Below the pieces are notes generated by a model, which saw only the letters and a list, made by a program, of their open reading frames with translations, had not been told where the DNA came from and ran no database searches. This document shows, in pieces, positions 43,632-55,875 of a stretch of DNA of 64,000 nucleotides. Positions within the stretch are counted from its first letter, which is position 1, and every line of letters begins with the position of its first letter. Source of the DNA: an uncultured bacterium (lineage in GTDB: Bacteria; Zixibacteria; MSB-5A5; CAIYYT01); NCBI GenBank assembly GCA_963726455.1, contig CAVSCK010000003.1:608001-672000 (forward strand), in the 5' to 3' direction. A program made the position numbers and the translations under genes.

Positions 43632-45053
43632 TCAAGGTTTGCTATTGATAGTCTCGTAACTTGCGCAGAAATCTATCCGCTTCTTCAGCGGCGGATGGCT
43701 GTACTCCCAGAACTCGACAAACGCCGACGGTTGCGGATTGGACAGATTCTCATTCGCCATCTTGACGAACGCCGAAATTCCGCTCGCCGGATCGTGTGTT
43801 AGGTCGAGCGCAAATCTGTCGGCATCATGTTCGATCTTGCGGGAAAAGCCGTTTATCACCGGATCCAGAAGGAACAGCATCAATCCCAACATGAGCATCA
43901 ACAACGGCAGACTGGCGATGTCCCCGACCGCTGAAAATCCGAAACTCGCTCCGAATTTCGCCATTACCCATCCGATCGTCTTGAAGACAATGAACAACAA
44001 AATCAGAAATATGACACTGAACAGCGCGATGCCGATCCAGATATGGTTGAGAACGTAGTGCCCCATCTCATGGGCCATCACAAACGCAACCTCATCAGGG
44101 GTCAACTTCTTGATCGTTGTGTCCCATAACACAATTCGCTTGGAGCCAAACAGCCCCGTCACATAGGCATTTATCTTCTGCGTCTGCGAGCTCATATCGA
44201 CTTGATAGACACGGCCGCCCGAAATTCCGGCTTTTTCCGCCATGCCGAGAATTCTGGCTGACAGCACCTGATCCTGCAGAGGTTCGAACTTGTTGAACAT
44301 CGGTTCGATGAACACCGGCAGAATTACCATGACGATTATCATGATCGGAATCGCGGCCACACCGATCCAGAGCCACCAATCACGCGCGCGCCTGCGAATG
44401 CCCCAGTAGGCGAACGTCACCAGCACCGTCAATGAAAGCGTCATTAGGTAGCTCGATTTGATCGTGTCGGCCAGCCAGTTCCCGAATGTTTGCGTCGACA
44501 GATTGAAATGGTGTTCGATCACGAAATCGCGATAGTACGACAGCGGCAGCCCCACCACTTGCAAAATCAACGTCAGTATGACGATGAAGAACACTTGCAC
44601 AGCAAGACCGCGATGCCGCCCGGCAAGCATCCCCACGACGCCCCAGGCGACTGCTATGAAAATCCCCCCCGCCCCTACCGGCTGCTTGTCGGTCGCGCTC
44701 ATGAATGCCAACAGCAACGCAATCAGCAGCGCCAGACCTCCTCCGAGCCACATCGGCGCCGATTGTTGGTGCAATTTGTCCGTCAGCTTCTCGGAGACGC
44801 TCCGTATTCTGCGCGAAAAACCAAACCAGAGAATACCCGCCAACACCAGCAGACTAAACGCAGTCGAGAAGAAATACCAACCGTCCCTGAAGTTCGAAAA
44901 TATAATTGCCTGCTCGACCTTGTCGGGTGTCAGCACCGACGTAATCTCGCCTGGAACTGTGCTCAGGTCGACGCTCTTGTCAATCCCGATCGTGCTGATG
45001 CCAAAGATCAGAAACAGCAGCATCAAAAGTACTGGCCAAATAACCTTCTTCAT
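43632..45053 (-). CDS. M48 (Ste24-like) membrane metallopeptidase
   Basis: NAYVTG, RIVLWDT, AHEMGH (HExxH), EHDAD and SHPP. Confidence 0.92.
   Translation of the reverse strand: MKKVIWPVLLMLLFLIFGISTIGIDKSVDLSTVPGEITSVLTPDKVEQAIIFSNFRDGWYFFSTAFSLLVLAGILWFGFSRRIRSVSEKLTDKLHQQSAPMWLGGGLALLIALLLAFMSATDKQPVGAGGIFIAVAWGVVGMLAGRHRGLAVQVFFIVILTLILQVVGLPLSYYRDFVIEHHFNLSTQTFGNWLADTIKSSYLMTLSLTVLVTFAYWGIRRRARDWWLWIGVAAIPIMIIVMVILPVFIEPMFNKFEPLQDQVLSARILGMAEKAGISGGRVYQVDMSSQTQKINAYVTGLFGSKRIVLWDTTIKKLTPDEVAFVMAHEMGHYVLNHIWIGIALFSVIFLILLFIVFKTIGWVMAKFGASFGFSAVGDIASLPLLMLMLGLMLFLLDPVINGFSRKIEHDADRFALDLTHDPASGISAFVKMANENLSNPQPSAFVEFWEYSHPPLKKRIDFCASYETINSKP
43655..43729. repeat. Right copy of 75-bp direct repeat, inside the M48 gene 3' end
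   Basis: Matches 40952-41026 with 2 mismatches. Confidence 0.92.
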
Positions 45054-45219
45054 ACAATATCCTCGATTCGCATTTTCGCGCCTTTTCGCATATCTAAACT
45101 ACGCATTGAAACCGCTCGCCGCAAGAATCCGTGTGCCCGCCGCGTAGTATTTTCGTCCAGGAACGTTTGCGCGTGCAATGCGTTAAAACGTGCGTATCTT
45201 ACTTTTGGAGGTATGCGAC

Positions 45220-47664
45220 TTGACCAATCACAACACGACCATTACTGACAAGGGGATTCGCCGTGTAACAGTGCCGATTGCGGGAATGACCTGCGCCGGC
45301 TGCGTGGCGCGCGTCGAAAGCGTGCTGAATAACATTGACGGCGTCGCCGAGAGTCGGGCCAACCTTGCCAACCATCAGGTCAGCATCGCGTACAATCCAA
45401 ATCGCGTCGATATTTCCAAGATCGCTCACGAAATGGAAATCGTCGGCTATCCGATTAGTTTCCAGGAGACCCATATTAACATTACCGGCATGCACTGTGC
45501 CTCTTGTGTCCTCAACGTCGAAAAGCACATCTCCTCCATCGCCGGAGTGGCCGAAGTCGAAATCAACTTTGCCGCCGGTACCGGGGTAATCAAACATGTT
45601 GACGTCGATGATCTGCCCGGGCAATTACAGACGTTGTTCGCCGGTAGCGGCTACGATGTCGCCGTCGAAGGAGAAACGTCACAGGCAATTGACCCGCTGC
45701 TCGTCGAGATCAACCAACTCAAGCGCCCGCTTATCTTCAGTATATTTGCGTCCGTCATCGCCCTGGCAATCATGATTGGTGATTATGTTCATTTCGCCGG
45801 CATTGATATGGCAAGCTCGGCCTACATCCAGTTCGCCTTGGCTACGGCGGTCTATTTCTGGGGCGGGCTGAGATTCCACAAAGGCCTCTGGCATTCTATC
45901 AAACGGCGCTCCGCCGACATGGACACTTTGATTTCGCTCGGCACTTCGGCTGCGTACTGGTACAGTGTGATCATGCTTTTCGCCCCCAGCTTCTTCCACA
46001 GTGCCGGCGAGATGCCCGAATACTACTTCGACAGCGCCATTATGATCATCGCGCTAATCTTGCTGGGACGGTATATCGAGACCCGTGCCAAGTCACGAAG
46101 CTCCTCGGCGATCACCGGGCTCTTGAAGGCGCGTCCTGATAAGGCCTCCGTAATACGAGACGAAGTTGAGACATCTGTCGCTTCAATGTCACTTGCACCC
46201 GGTGATATCGTCCGCGTTCGTCCCGGTGAGCGCGTGCCTGCAGACGGAAAGATCATCAAAGGCAGCGGTTCCGTCGATGAATCCATGTTAACCGGCGAAG
46301 CCCTCCCTGTCGAAAAAGAGATCGGCAGTGAAGTGACCGGCGGCACGATTAACGTCAGTGGCAGTTTCGACTTTGAGGTCACCAGTTCACAGAAAGACTC
46401 GCGACTCTCCAAAATTGCCGACATGGTTTCGGCGGCGCTCAGCTCCAAGCCGGCTATTCAAAAGATGGTTGATCGTATCGCCTCCGTTTTTGTTCCGATC
46501 GTTATTGGTCTCGCAATTCTCACCCTGGCCGTCTGGCTTATTGTAGGCGCACAATTCGCCTTCGCCCTCAAGAGTTTCATCGCCATCATGATCATTGCCT
46601 GCCCATGCGCACTTGGGCTGGCTACACCGATGGCGGTAATGGTCGGTGTCGGCAAGGCCGCATCACTCGGAATTTTGTTCAAGAGTGGCGACACGTTCGA
46701 GCAGATCGCCGGATTGAAAACGCTCTTCTTCGACAAGACCGGCACGCTTACTCAGGGACGATTCGAAGTCGTGGAAGTTAAGCCGTTCGGCAATGCTGAC
46801 ACATCATTCCTCCGCCTAGCCGGAGCGGTCGAGAAACTCTCCGAACATCCACTTGCCAAGGCCGTGGTCTCTTACGCCGAATCTCAACAGGTAGCTCTTC
46901 CTCAGTGCGATGACTTCATGTCGCTCGCCGGAGCTGGCGCCTCCGGTATTGTGGAAGGCAAGAATATCCTGCTGGGCACTCTGAAATTGATGCAGGCGCG
47001 CAAAGTCGACATAACCGCACTCGGGCCGGAATCCGCAATCAAGAACAATGACGGTCGAACTTTGATCTACGTGGCAGTCACCGGAATTCTGAACGGCTAC
47101 ATCGCACTCGCAGATACAGTCAAACCCGAAGCTGCGAGTACGATTTCGCAAGTTCGAGCGCTTGGTATCGATCCCGCCATCATCACCGGCGACAGCATGT
47201 CAGCCGCCCGGCGGGTCGGAAACGAACTGGGGATTGATCAGATCAGCGCCGAGTTACTGCCGCAACAAAAACTGACCGCCATTCGCGAACGCAAAGCTTC
47301 GGGCGAAAGAGTCGGCATGGTCGGCGATGGCATTAACGATGCGCCGGCACTCGCGCTCGCCGATGTCGGTATCGCTTTATCCTCAGGCACCGAAATCGCC
47401 GTTGAGTCGGCGTCGGTCACCCTGACCGGCCACCAAATCGACCGCGTGCCGACCGTGATTCGGTTGGCGCGCGCAACTCTGCGCAACATCAGGCAGAATC
47501 TTTTCTGGGCGTTCTTCTATAACGTCGCCGCCATTCCACTAGCTGCAGGATTGTTCTACCCCCTCTATCACGTTCAATTGTCGCCGATCATCGCCGCCGG
47601 GGCGATGTCTTTCTCTTCGCTGTTTGTCGTGATGAATGCGCTGCGATTGCGCCGATTTCGCTAG
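45220..47664 (+). CDS. copA: Cu(I)-translocating P1B-type ATPase
   Basis: Two GMxCxxC HMA domains, [21 protein letters not shown] and MxxSS; TTG start after GGAGG. Confidence 0.93.
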   Translation: MTNHNTTITDKGIRRVTVPIAGMTCAGCVARVESVLNNIDGVAESRANLANHQVSIAYNPNRVDISKIAHEMEIVGYPISFQETHINITGMHCASCVLNVEKHISSIAGVAEVEINFAAGTGVIKHVDVDDLPGQLQTLFAGSGYDVAVEGETSQAIDPLLVEINQLKRPLIFSIFASVIALAIMIGDYVHFAGIDMASSAYIQFALATAVYFWGGLRFHKGLWHSIKRRSADMDTLISLGTSAAYWYSVIMLFAPSFFHSAGEMPEYYFDSAIMIIALILLGRYIETRAKSRSSSAITGLLKARPDKASVIRDEVETSVASMSLAPGDIVRVRPGERVPADGKIIKGSGSVDESMLTGEALPVEKEIGSEVTGGTINVSGSFDFEVTSSQKDSRLSKIADMVSAALSSKPAIQKMVDRIASVFVPIVIGLAILTLAVWLIVGAQFAFALKSFIAIMIIACPCALGLATPMAVMVGVGKAASLGILFKSGDTFEQIAGLKTLFFDKTGTLTQGRFEVVEVKPFGNADTSFLRLAGAVEKLSEHPLAKAVVSYAESQQVALPQCDDFMSLAGAGASGIVEGKNILLGTLKLMQARKVDITALGPESAIKNNDGRTLIYVAVTGILNGYIALADTVKPEAASTISQVRALGIDPAIITGDSMSAARRVGNELGIDQISAELLPQQKLTAIRERKASGERVGMVGDGINDAPALALADVGIALSSGTEIAVESASVTLTGHQIDRVPTVIRLARATLRNIRQNLFWAFFYNVAAIPLAAGLFYPLYHVQLSPIIAAGAMSFSSLFVVMNALRLRRFR

Positions 47665-47674
47665 TGGAAGGTAA

Positions 47675-48946
47675 CTAAACTTTATTGGTGTGATGCAGCG
47701 TGATTCTGACCTTCTCGATACGCTGCCCCGAAACTTCCTCGACTACATAATCAATTCCATCGACACTGACTCGCTGGCCCACCTGTGGCAGTGAACCGAC
47801 CAGGTCGTAGATGTAGCCGCCGACGGTTTCGAAATCCTTTTCCTCAAGATTAAGATTCAGCTTCTCGGAAAGATTCTCCATCGATAGGTTGGCAGACACG
47901 ATATATTCCCTCTCGGACACCTGAACCACATCAGTTTCCTCAACATCATGTTCATCCTGAATATCGCCAACTATCAGTTCGAGCAAGTCTTCGAGTGTCA
48001 CCAATCCCGCCGTGCCGCCGTACTCATCGACAACTATGGCAATGTGAATCTTCTTCGACCGAAATTCCTGCAACAGACTGTCGAGTTGCTTCGATTCGGG
48101 GACGAAGTACGCCTGCCGAGCCAGCAGCGTCAGATCAGCTTCGGTATCAGCAATTGGAAACTTCTGGAACAGATCTTTGACGTATAGCACGCCTTTAATG
48201 TTGTCCAGATCGTCGTCATAAATCGGATAGCGCGAATGGCCGGTTTCGCTCAAGAGTCTTTGTACGTCGGCCAAAGTCGCACCTTTTTCCAGCGCCACTA
48301 TTTTGATTCGCGGCACCATTACTTCGCGAACTTCTGAATCGGCGAGATCAAATATGTTGCCGATCATTTCCTTGACGCCATCTTCCATCAGTGGTTCGTC
48401 GATACCGGCTGAATCGGCCAGCGATTCTATCGCGCGCTCGACGATTTCTTCTTTCTTCTCTTCCAGATCCTTCTTGTCGATCATCCTTTCCTTCTGGGGC
48501 ATCAGGAAAATGACCAGCGGACTTGTCACAAGCATGATCAGCCGCACCAGCCACCAGCGCGACTGCACGACCATAAGCGCTTTCTCTTGCTTGACATTAG
48601 GCGCAAACACCTCGATCAACGACAGAAAGATGAACCAGCCGAACAGCATCAATATGACCTGCAGCGTAAATCTGCGGATGACCGGCAATTCCAAATGCTG
48701 CGCCAGCAGGAACCAGCCGATCGTCGTCAAGATCAGCGCCGCCGACTGCACTACCGTGGCGGTGGCAGCAACGCGACGCGGATTCTTTAGCAGGTACGTG
48801 AGGTATTCTTTCTTGCGGTGCGACAACGAGTTGATGAATTTCTCTTCGTCGTGATCGGACAGATACAGACCGCCCGCCGTGATACTTAGCAGGTAGGAGA
48901 TATAGTATGCCAATCCGATGGCAACCAGCAACGCCAGTTCAATCAT
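47675..48946 (-). CDS. Hemolysin/CorC-family CBS-domain membrane protein
   Basis: TM N-terminus, VREVMVPR, HSRYP, VVDEYGGTAGLVTLED and CorC_HlyC tail; ATG 48946 overlaps the ybeY stop. Confidence 0.9.
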   Translation of the reverse strand: MIELALLVAIGLAYYISYLLSITAGGLYLSDHDEEKFINSLSHRKKEYLTYLLKNPRRVAATATVVQSAALILTTIGWFLLAQHLELPVIRRFTLQVILMLFGWFIFLSLIEVFAPNVKQEKALMVVQSRWWLVRLIMLVTSPLVIFLMPQKERMIDKKDLEEKKEEIVERAIESLADSAGIDEPLMEDGVKEMIGNIFDLADSEVREVMVPRIKIVALEKGATLADVQRLLSETGHSRYPIYDDDLDNIKGVLYVKDLFQKFPIADTEADLTLLARQAYFVPESKQLDSLLQEFRSKKIHIAIVVDEYGGTAGLVTLEDLLELIVGDIQDEHDVEETDVVQVSEREYIVSANLSMENLSEKLNLNLEEKDFETVGGYIYDLVGSLPQVGQRVSVDGIDYVVEEVSGQRIEKVRITLHHTNKV

Positions 48947-49377
48947 CGTTTCCTGCTCTTTTCCAATTTGCTGAGGTATTGATCCTCCAACCGGTTCATA
49001 TACGAACGTGCCCTGGCGTTCGCATGGTGAATCCCGCACAGATGCAAGAGTCCGTGCGAGACAAGTTGCAGGATTTCCTGGTTTACTGTTCGTCCGAAGC
49101 GTGTGGCATTTCGCGCCGCTTCGTTCACGGAAATATAGATCTCACCGAGCAGAGGGTCAGCGTCTTCCTCCATCGCAAACGACAACACGTCGGTAGTCCT
49201 GTCTTTGCGGCGGAATTTATGATTCAGTTGCCGCATCGTCGTATCTTCAACCAGCACCAGATTCACAGTTCGCGATTCTTTCTGCGACCGCAAAATAATC
49301 TCCGCTAACTTTGTCATGCGCGATCTCGGCACGCGATAACCGGCGACGCTGTTGAACAATCTCACCTGCGTCATCAA
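48943..49377 (-). CDS. ybeY: rRNA maturation endoribonuclease YbeY
   Basis: LN..FR..D.TTDVLSF, LGEIYIS and HGLLHL.G..H. Confidence 0.92.
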   Translation of the reverse strand: MMTQVRLFNSVAGYRVPRSRMTKLAEIILRSQKESRTVNLVLVEDTTMRQLNHKFRRKDRTTDVLSFAMEEDADPLLGEIYISVNEAARNATRFGRTVNQEILQLVSHGLLHLCGIHHANARARSYMNRLEDQYLSKLEKSRKR

Positions 49378-51622
49378 CCGGCGACCTCTTGCTCGGGCTG
49401 AGGATAGTCAATGCGATTGTGAAATGCGCCGATCAACACCATCACGAACGCGTCTTCGATCTTCTGCAAATCCGCCAGGGTCAGCGTCGATTCGGAAAGC
49501 TGCTCGGCTTGATATTTGTCATTGATGATGCGTTTGATCAGACTACGAATGCGCGACGGTTTGGGATCATCCAGTGTGCGTGAGGCCGCCTCGACCGAAT
49601 CGGCGATCATCAGGATCGCGGTTTCTTTCGATCGCGGCTTCGGCCCCGGATAGCGGAACTCCGCCTCCGACATGTCGCCGTTGAGGTTCTGCTCCTTGGC
49701 CTTGTTATAGAAGTAACTTATCAGCGACGTGCCATGATGCTCTTCAATGAACTCGATGATCCGATCCGGCAGGTCGTATTCTTCGGCCATCTCACGTCCT
49801 CGCTTGATGTGCGACACAATTACTAAGCGCCGACATCGACGGCGCCAATTCATCATGCTTGCTCTTGACTCCGAACTGATTCTCGACGAAGTATTCGGAG
49901 ATTTCCATCTTCCCGATGTCGTGATAATACGTCCCGACTCTGGCCAGCAGCGGATTGGCGCCGATCGCCTTGGCGGCCGCTTCGGTCAGACTGAACTCAG
50001 CACCAGCGAATGATGATAAGTGCCCGGAGCTTCAATCGCCAGCCGTTTCAGCAAGCGGATGATTCAGGTCGGACAGTTCCAAAAGCGTAATATTCGTCGT
50101 GAACGAGAAAAATGATTCGAACAACGGCAGCAGCGCCATGGCAATGAAGGTCGAGCCGACGGCATTGACAACACCATAGCCGCATTGCCTCATAACCAGA
50201 TTAGTGCTCTGATAGCTTCAGCGATCTCCAACAGCAAATTACTCGACAGCCAGCGCAATCGACAGATGACAGCGCACAGCGATAAAAGTCCGTTCGTTTC
50301 TGTACGACTCGCATCGCTACTGCCGCCATAACTCCGGCGATAATCGCCCGAAAACCGGTCTCAAAATCGAATTCAAATACGATGCCAAGCAGCAGCGCCA
50401 CCGCCACCGTTGTTAAAGTCGCCACCTGCAAATCATAGAGTATCGCCACGAGAATAATGCCCGCGGCAATCGGAATCAGGGTCGTACGGCAGATGCCCCT
50501 GCTCGGTGACCAGATATGCCGCCAGCATTACCATCATGATGATCAACAGCAGCGGCACTATGCGGCTGAAACAGAATTCACTTCTGGGTCGCAGATGATA
50601 CAGAGCATAGAGAAAGCTGAAGAATACGAACGACACGAACGCGACGCGCGCCACTATCGGCAACAGGAACTGCCAGGCGCCTTTTTCGGTACCGAGTGTC
50701 GAGCGATACTGAGCCATTGCCGTCAGCCATTCGATGTGAGTCCGGTGATCGGCTCATTGCGCGCCACCATTCGCTGTCCCGCTTTGATAATCAGCTTTTC
50801 CCGCGGAATCGCCGCCAGCGTCTTCTCGCGGCGCTGCTCCGTCTCCGTCAGGGAGAAAACGTCAGATTTGGCAGCCAGAAACTCGCTGCGCGATGGCATA
50901 CAGATCGTGGACATCATCAATGAAGTCTCCCGAATGAATCTGAATGTCATCCAGCAATCGTTGTCGCGCCGCTGCAAACTCAGCACCTGATCGGCAGCAT
51001 AGACTGCTTCCTTGCTCGGGTGAACCACCACTACCTCGTGATAATTCGATGGAACAACGCTGTCGGCGCGGGCAATTCCCACGATGTAACGATCCCTCAG
51101 TGCATTATCAATCACCATCTTTCGGTTAGACAAGACTGTCCCAGCCGGCCAGCTTCATCAGCACTTCAAGTTTGATCTGCGGGAAGAAGAGTCGCAACCG
51201 ATCGGCGACGCGACTGCGATTGCCGATGACTGATTTCAGACTATCGGTCAGATAAAACAATCGATCGATCGACCGAAGAACGAGTATCGACCATATCTTC
51301 TGATTGTATAACAGTACCGCCGGCAATGCCGCCAGCACTGCTGCGCGTCTCGTTGTCCAGTTCGGCCTGGCTCTTGTAAACCGGAAAATCAAACGGCGCA
51401 ATGACATCCTCAGTGGCAACTTCGCCGACATCCGGCGTCGAAATCGGCGCAAACAATTGTGCCATCGGGAACAGAAACGACGAAAACAGAATCGCAAAGA
51501 TGACGACCACATCCCATCCAGAATCGGTTGTAGCTCGGTTTGTCCTGCTCCAGTCGACGCGCGCTGTACTTGCGGACCCGCCGTCTGATCGCCCTCTTGA
51601 TATTGCGTAGCAATTCGTACAT
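49374..51622 (-). CDS. 7TM-HDIG phosphohydrolase (PgpH-like), heavily frameshifted
   Basis: Fragments: DVIAPFDF extracellular domain, TM helices, EAPGT/YHDIGK region, [13 protein letters not shown] and ADSVEAA. Confidence 0.8.
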
Positions 51623-51625
51623 CGG

Positions 51626-52592
51626 CTACCGTCGCCCCTCTTCGTAACGCTCAAACGCGCGAATAATATCCTTTGACCAGCCGATGTCGCACGACATCCT
51701 TGTCGCGTCAGGTAACAGAACTTGATCTCCGGTATATTCCGCAGGATCTTCTGAATCGCGATCAGTCCCGACAGCCGTTTGCGGTCAAGATCGATCTGCG
51801 TGACGTCTCCCGTAATGACCGCCTTGGATCCCTCGCCGATGCGCGTGAGGAACATCTTCATCTGCGGCACCGTCGTGTTTTGCGCTTCGTCAAGAATGAC
51901 GAATGAGTTGTTCAGCGTCCGACCGCGCATAAACGCCAACGGCACGATTTCGATTACACCCAGTTCCATCAGCTTCTTGATCTTGTCGGCCGGCAACATA
52001 TCATGCAGCGCATCATAAACCGGCCGCAAGTATGGATCGACTTTGGCGCGAATGTCACCCGGCAGGAATCCGAGCGATTCGCCTGCTTCTACCGCCGGCC
52101 GCACCAGGATGATGCGATTGTAATAGCTTTGTTCTTCAGTCCGGCAACTGCCTCGGCAACTGCCAGATAGGTCTTGCCGGTACCGGCCGGCCCGATGCCG
52201 AAGACGATATCGATATTTCTCGATCGCCTCAATGTATGCCTTCTGCCCTACCGTCTTGCGGCCGGACATCCAGCTTGACGACCGTCGACAGCTCGGATGA
52301 CAATTCCAACTCTGTCGCCGGTCCGCGACCTGATTCCTTGATGAACGAAATCGCATAAGGACAGATACTGCTCGGAGATTTCACCGTGCAGTCGCAACCG
52401 CTCGAACAGGTCATAGAACAACGTTTCGACCAGCGCCGATTCGTCGCCGGTAATCAAGATTGTGTCGCCGCGCGCTACAATCTGCGCATCGAAGCTGGAC
52501 TCTATGCTTTTGAGGAGATTGTGGTTGCTGCCGAATAAGAGTCGCGGGTCAATATTCTTGAGTTCGATCTTTTTGCTGTTTTGATCACTCAA
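51626..52592 (-). CDS. PhoH-family ATPase, frameshifted
   Basis: [33 protein letters not shown] and GDVTQIDL. Confidence 0.9.
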
Positions 52593-52609
52593 TTAGTTGT
52601 GTCGACACC

Positions 52610-54501
52610 TCATCTTAAGAAACAAGCGGCACGAGTCAACGTGCCGCGATACATCAAAGCTAAGACAGTTACTTCGCTCTTGTCAATATTTATCGACAAA
52701 TGCAGCTCCGCCAATTGCCCCGGTTCGATCTCTGTGGGCGAACCGTCCATAAGCGATTGTGCGGCAGTGGTTTTCGGGAACGCGATTACGTCACGGATCG
52801 AATCCGAATCGGTCAAAATCGACATGATTCGGTCAAGTCCGAGCGCAATTCCGCCGTGTGGCGGTGCGCCGTACTTTAGCGCCGTCAGCAGAAATCCAAA
52901 CATTCGTTCGGCGCGGGCATCGTCCATACCCAGAATGTTGAGGATTTTCTTCTGCATATCGGAACGATGATTGCGGATTCCACCTGATGCCAACTCAAAT
53001 CCGTTGCAGACCAGATCGTATTGATTGGCGCGCACCTTCGCCCACGGATGTTCGGGATCGGAATTGGCGAGCTTGCTCGTGAAACCGGCCTCCAGTAATT
53101 CGACGATCGGTCTCCTTCGGTGAAGTGACGATATTGTGCATCGCGTCAAAACGATCGCGTCTCCGGATGATACTCAAATAGCGGGAATTCGCGTCACCCA
53201 CAGAAATGCCCATTTCGACTTGTCAATCAGTCCGAATTTCTTGCCGCAGTATGATCGCACCCGACCGAGTATTCCTTCGGTAGCGAGTTTCTTGCCGGCA
53301 GCCAACAAGAGCAGATCGCCCTTCTTGATGCTGCCGGTTTCGCGCAGGCGAGAGATGTTGCATCATCAAGGAACTTCTTGATGGACGATCTGATCTTCGT
53401 CGCCAAACGCCACCCATGCCAATCCAGACGCTCCGGCAAGTTTGGCTTCCTGCTCGATCTCGTCAAGCTGTTTACGCGACAACCCGGCCTGACCGACGGC
53501 CACCAGCCCCTTGATCACGCCCCCGATCTGGCGGCCTCGGCAAATGGCTTGAATTCGCTCGTTGCCAACACGCCGAGTGAAATCTATCAGCTTCATTTCA
53601 AAGCGGAGGTCAGGTTTGTCGGAACCGTAGTTGCTCATGATCTCTTGATACGGATGGCTGCGGAAACGGAGTCGGCAACCGTAACCCCCAGGACTTTCTT
53701 GAGCATATGTGCCATCATCCCCTCGACCACCGTGAATACGTCATCCTGGGTAACAAATGACATCTCGATATCGATTTGAGTATGCTCCGGTTGACGGTCA
53801 GCGCGCAGGTCCTCGTCGCGCAGGCAGCGGGCAAGCTGATAGTAGCGGTCAAACCCGGAGATCATCAGAATCTGTTTGAACAATTGCGGTGATTGCGGCA
53901 GTGCATAGAACTTTCCCGGATGCACGCGCGACGGTACCACATAGTCACGCGCGCCTTCCGGAGTCGAACGCATCATCAGCGGCGTTTCGATTTCGAGGAA
54001 CTTCTGCCTGTCAAGATACTCCCGAACCGCCCCGGCGACATGATGACGCATAATGATCTTGTCCTTGAGCACCTTCCGCCGCAAGTCCAGATAGCGATAG
54101 GTCAGTCGCAGATCTTCGCTGGCCGTGGTTTCATCTTCGATTTCAAACGGTGGCGTCTCGGATTCGGCCAGCACCTCGAAATCATGTGCCTCGACTTCAA
54201 TCTCGCCGGTCTTCATATTCTTGTTGATCATTCCGTCGGGACGGCGGTTCACTTTGCCGGTGACACTGATCACGAACTCGGCGCGCAGATGCGCTGCGAT
54301 TTCCATCTTTTCGGGCGCAAAATTCTCGGGATGAAAAACCACTTGGGTAATGCCATAACGATCGCGCAAGTCGACAAACAAAATGCCGCCATGATTGCGA
54401 TAACGTTTGACCCATCCGTTAAGTGTGACCGTCTGGTCTGCCTGCGCGGCATTCAATTCACCGCAAGTATGTGTGCGACGCAATTGCGAAAAAGGTCTCA
54501 T
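52610..54501 (-). CDS. aspS: Aspartate--tRNA ligase, multiple frameshifts; exact stop uncertain
   Basis: [47 protein letters not shown] and [14 protein letters not shown]. Confidence 0.93.
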
Positions 54502-54643
54502 CTGTCTCCCTTGCCGCTCACTCGCGAGGTTCACCTTGCGACGGCCGGCAAAGGTGCAAATATAACCTCCCCCTCGATGATTTCAAGAGAATAGTTGGCT
54601 TTCTCGCGGCGTTCCGTAGAGCGACTCGTGGCCTCCCGGCCTG

Positions 54644-55306
54644 TTACTTGCGCATACAGGGCAGCGGACCGTTCGCAAAAATATACCTGACGAGATAGAC
54701 GGCATCACCGACAGTCACCTGGTTGTCGCAATCTACATCCGCCGCCGACAGTGGATCAGGTGCGGTGCCGGAAGCGAATATGTATGAGATCAGGTAAGTC
54801 GCATCGGCGATATTGACTATGCCGTCGTTGTTGGCGTCTCCGGATTTATGGCCGATGATAGTGACCGTACCCGGCACAGAAAAAGGGACGGCGTCGGCGA
54901 ATTGTCCGGCAACAGTGTACAGCAGGTCATTGCTGTCCCAGAGCACACCATAGCCCTGGATAAACCCCTTGACCGGGAAATGCACTTGCAGCACCTCACC
55001 GGAAAAGTCGCCATAGGACGGCAATAAGCTGACGGAAGTTGGCACGATCGTATCATTAACTACGATCGAAGCATTATTGATATCGGTGAGCACGTGCCCG
55101 TCCAACAGAAAATTGCCCAGGTAGATGTCAACAAACATGGGGTTTATCTGATTGGCAAAGTAGACGTACAGTGTTTCCGGCTGAATCTCGATCTTCGCAT
55201 TCAAAACGGATAGCGCTGACCCCAGCGCCGTAGTTTGTTGAATACCCGTCACTGGCAGTATCAGTAGTATTATCCCAATCAATGATCCGAGTAACACGTT
55301 CTTCAT
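54644..55306 (-). CDS. Secreted hypothetical protein with C-terminal dockerin-like domain
   Basis: AGGAGG SD, signal peptide MKNVLL; GDANNDGIVNIADATYLISYIF and ADVDCDNQVTVGDAVYLVRYIF. Confidence 0.8.
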   Translation of the reverse strand: MKNVLLGSLIGIILLILPVTGIQQTTALGSALSVLNAKIEIQPETLYVYFANQINPMFVDIYLGNFLLDGHVLTDINNASIVVNDTIVPTSVSLLPSYGDFSGEVLQVHFPVKGFIQGYGVLWDSNDLLYTVAGQFADAVPFSVPGTVTIIGHKSGDANNDGIVNIADATYLISYIFASGTAPDPLSAADVDCDNQVTVGDAVYLVRYIFANGPLPCMRK

Positions 55307-55429
55307 ACTTCCTCCTGGTCTGAAAACATGTGGCAGTACATCGGCGGTCAAGACACACAAAGCGGCTGCGCTGGAGAAGGCAGTCGGGTTCATAATCTTC
55401 TGTTGGATTGTCTTGACTCTACTTGGTAC

Positions 55430-55457
55430 AATATAGCTCGGATTGGCGCCCAGTCAA
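55430..55457 (-). promoter_or_regulatory. Putative sigma70 promoter
   Basis: TTGACT-16 bp-TATATT on the minus strand, same form as the gmd promoter. Confidence 0.45.
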
Positions 55458-55585
55458 GCGAGAAAACGGGCGAGTCTGCGGGGTTACTGCCAGGGGCTTT
55501 GTGTAAGTTCACGCTTTTGTCAGGTCTGGCGCACGGCAAAGTCGGGCATATGACCTGACTCAACAGATTGATAGTCGAATTGAAA

Positions 55586-55610
55586 CCCGGACGAACGTCC
55601 GGGCCACCCG
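55586..55610. repeat. REP-like hairpin
   Basis: CCCGGACG-aa-CGTCCGGG followed by CCACCCG. Confidence 0.45.
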
Positions 55611-55875
55611 TACGAAAAATGATTGCCACCGCTCAAACTGTATCTTAACTTTCAGCACTCAAAGTCCAAATTCATTTGACGATATGCATTCGCATTTCAT
55701 GCCAAACGAGTTGACAAGTCGGTGATTGACCGAGTAATACAGAGCTTTCTAGCTGGAGTCGAATGAAGGAAGTGACGGAATCCCACTTGAGACTGATGTT
55801 GCAGCCATCGAGAGAAGAACCCACACGCAGAAAGGTTCTGGGTGGGATACAAACTTCTGAGGAATCGTACAACTG

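Noticed and set aside
27851-54501. Frameshifts in lysS, lolE, lolD, nifS-selD, the M28 peptidase, the HD protein, phoH and aspS as programmed frameshifting or pseudogenisation
   Set aside because: They hit essential genes, are mostly single-base indels (some in homopolymer runs, e.g. the G run near 30730) and cluster at 49800-53700. This is the pattern of low-coverage long-read consensus error.
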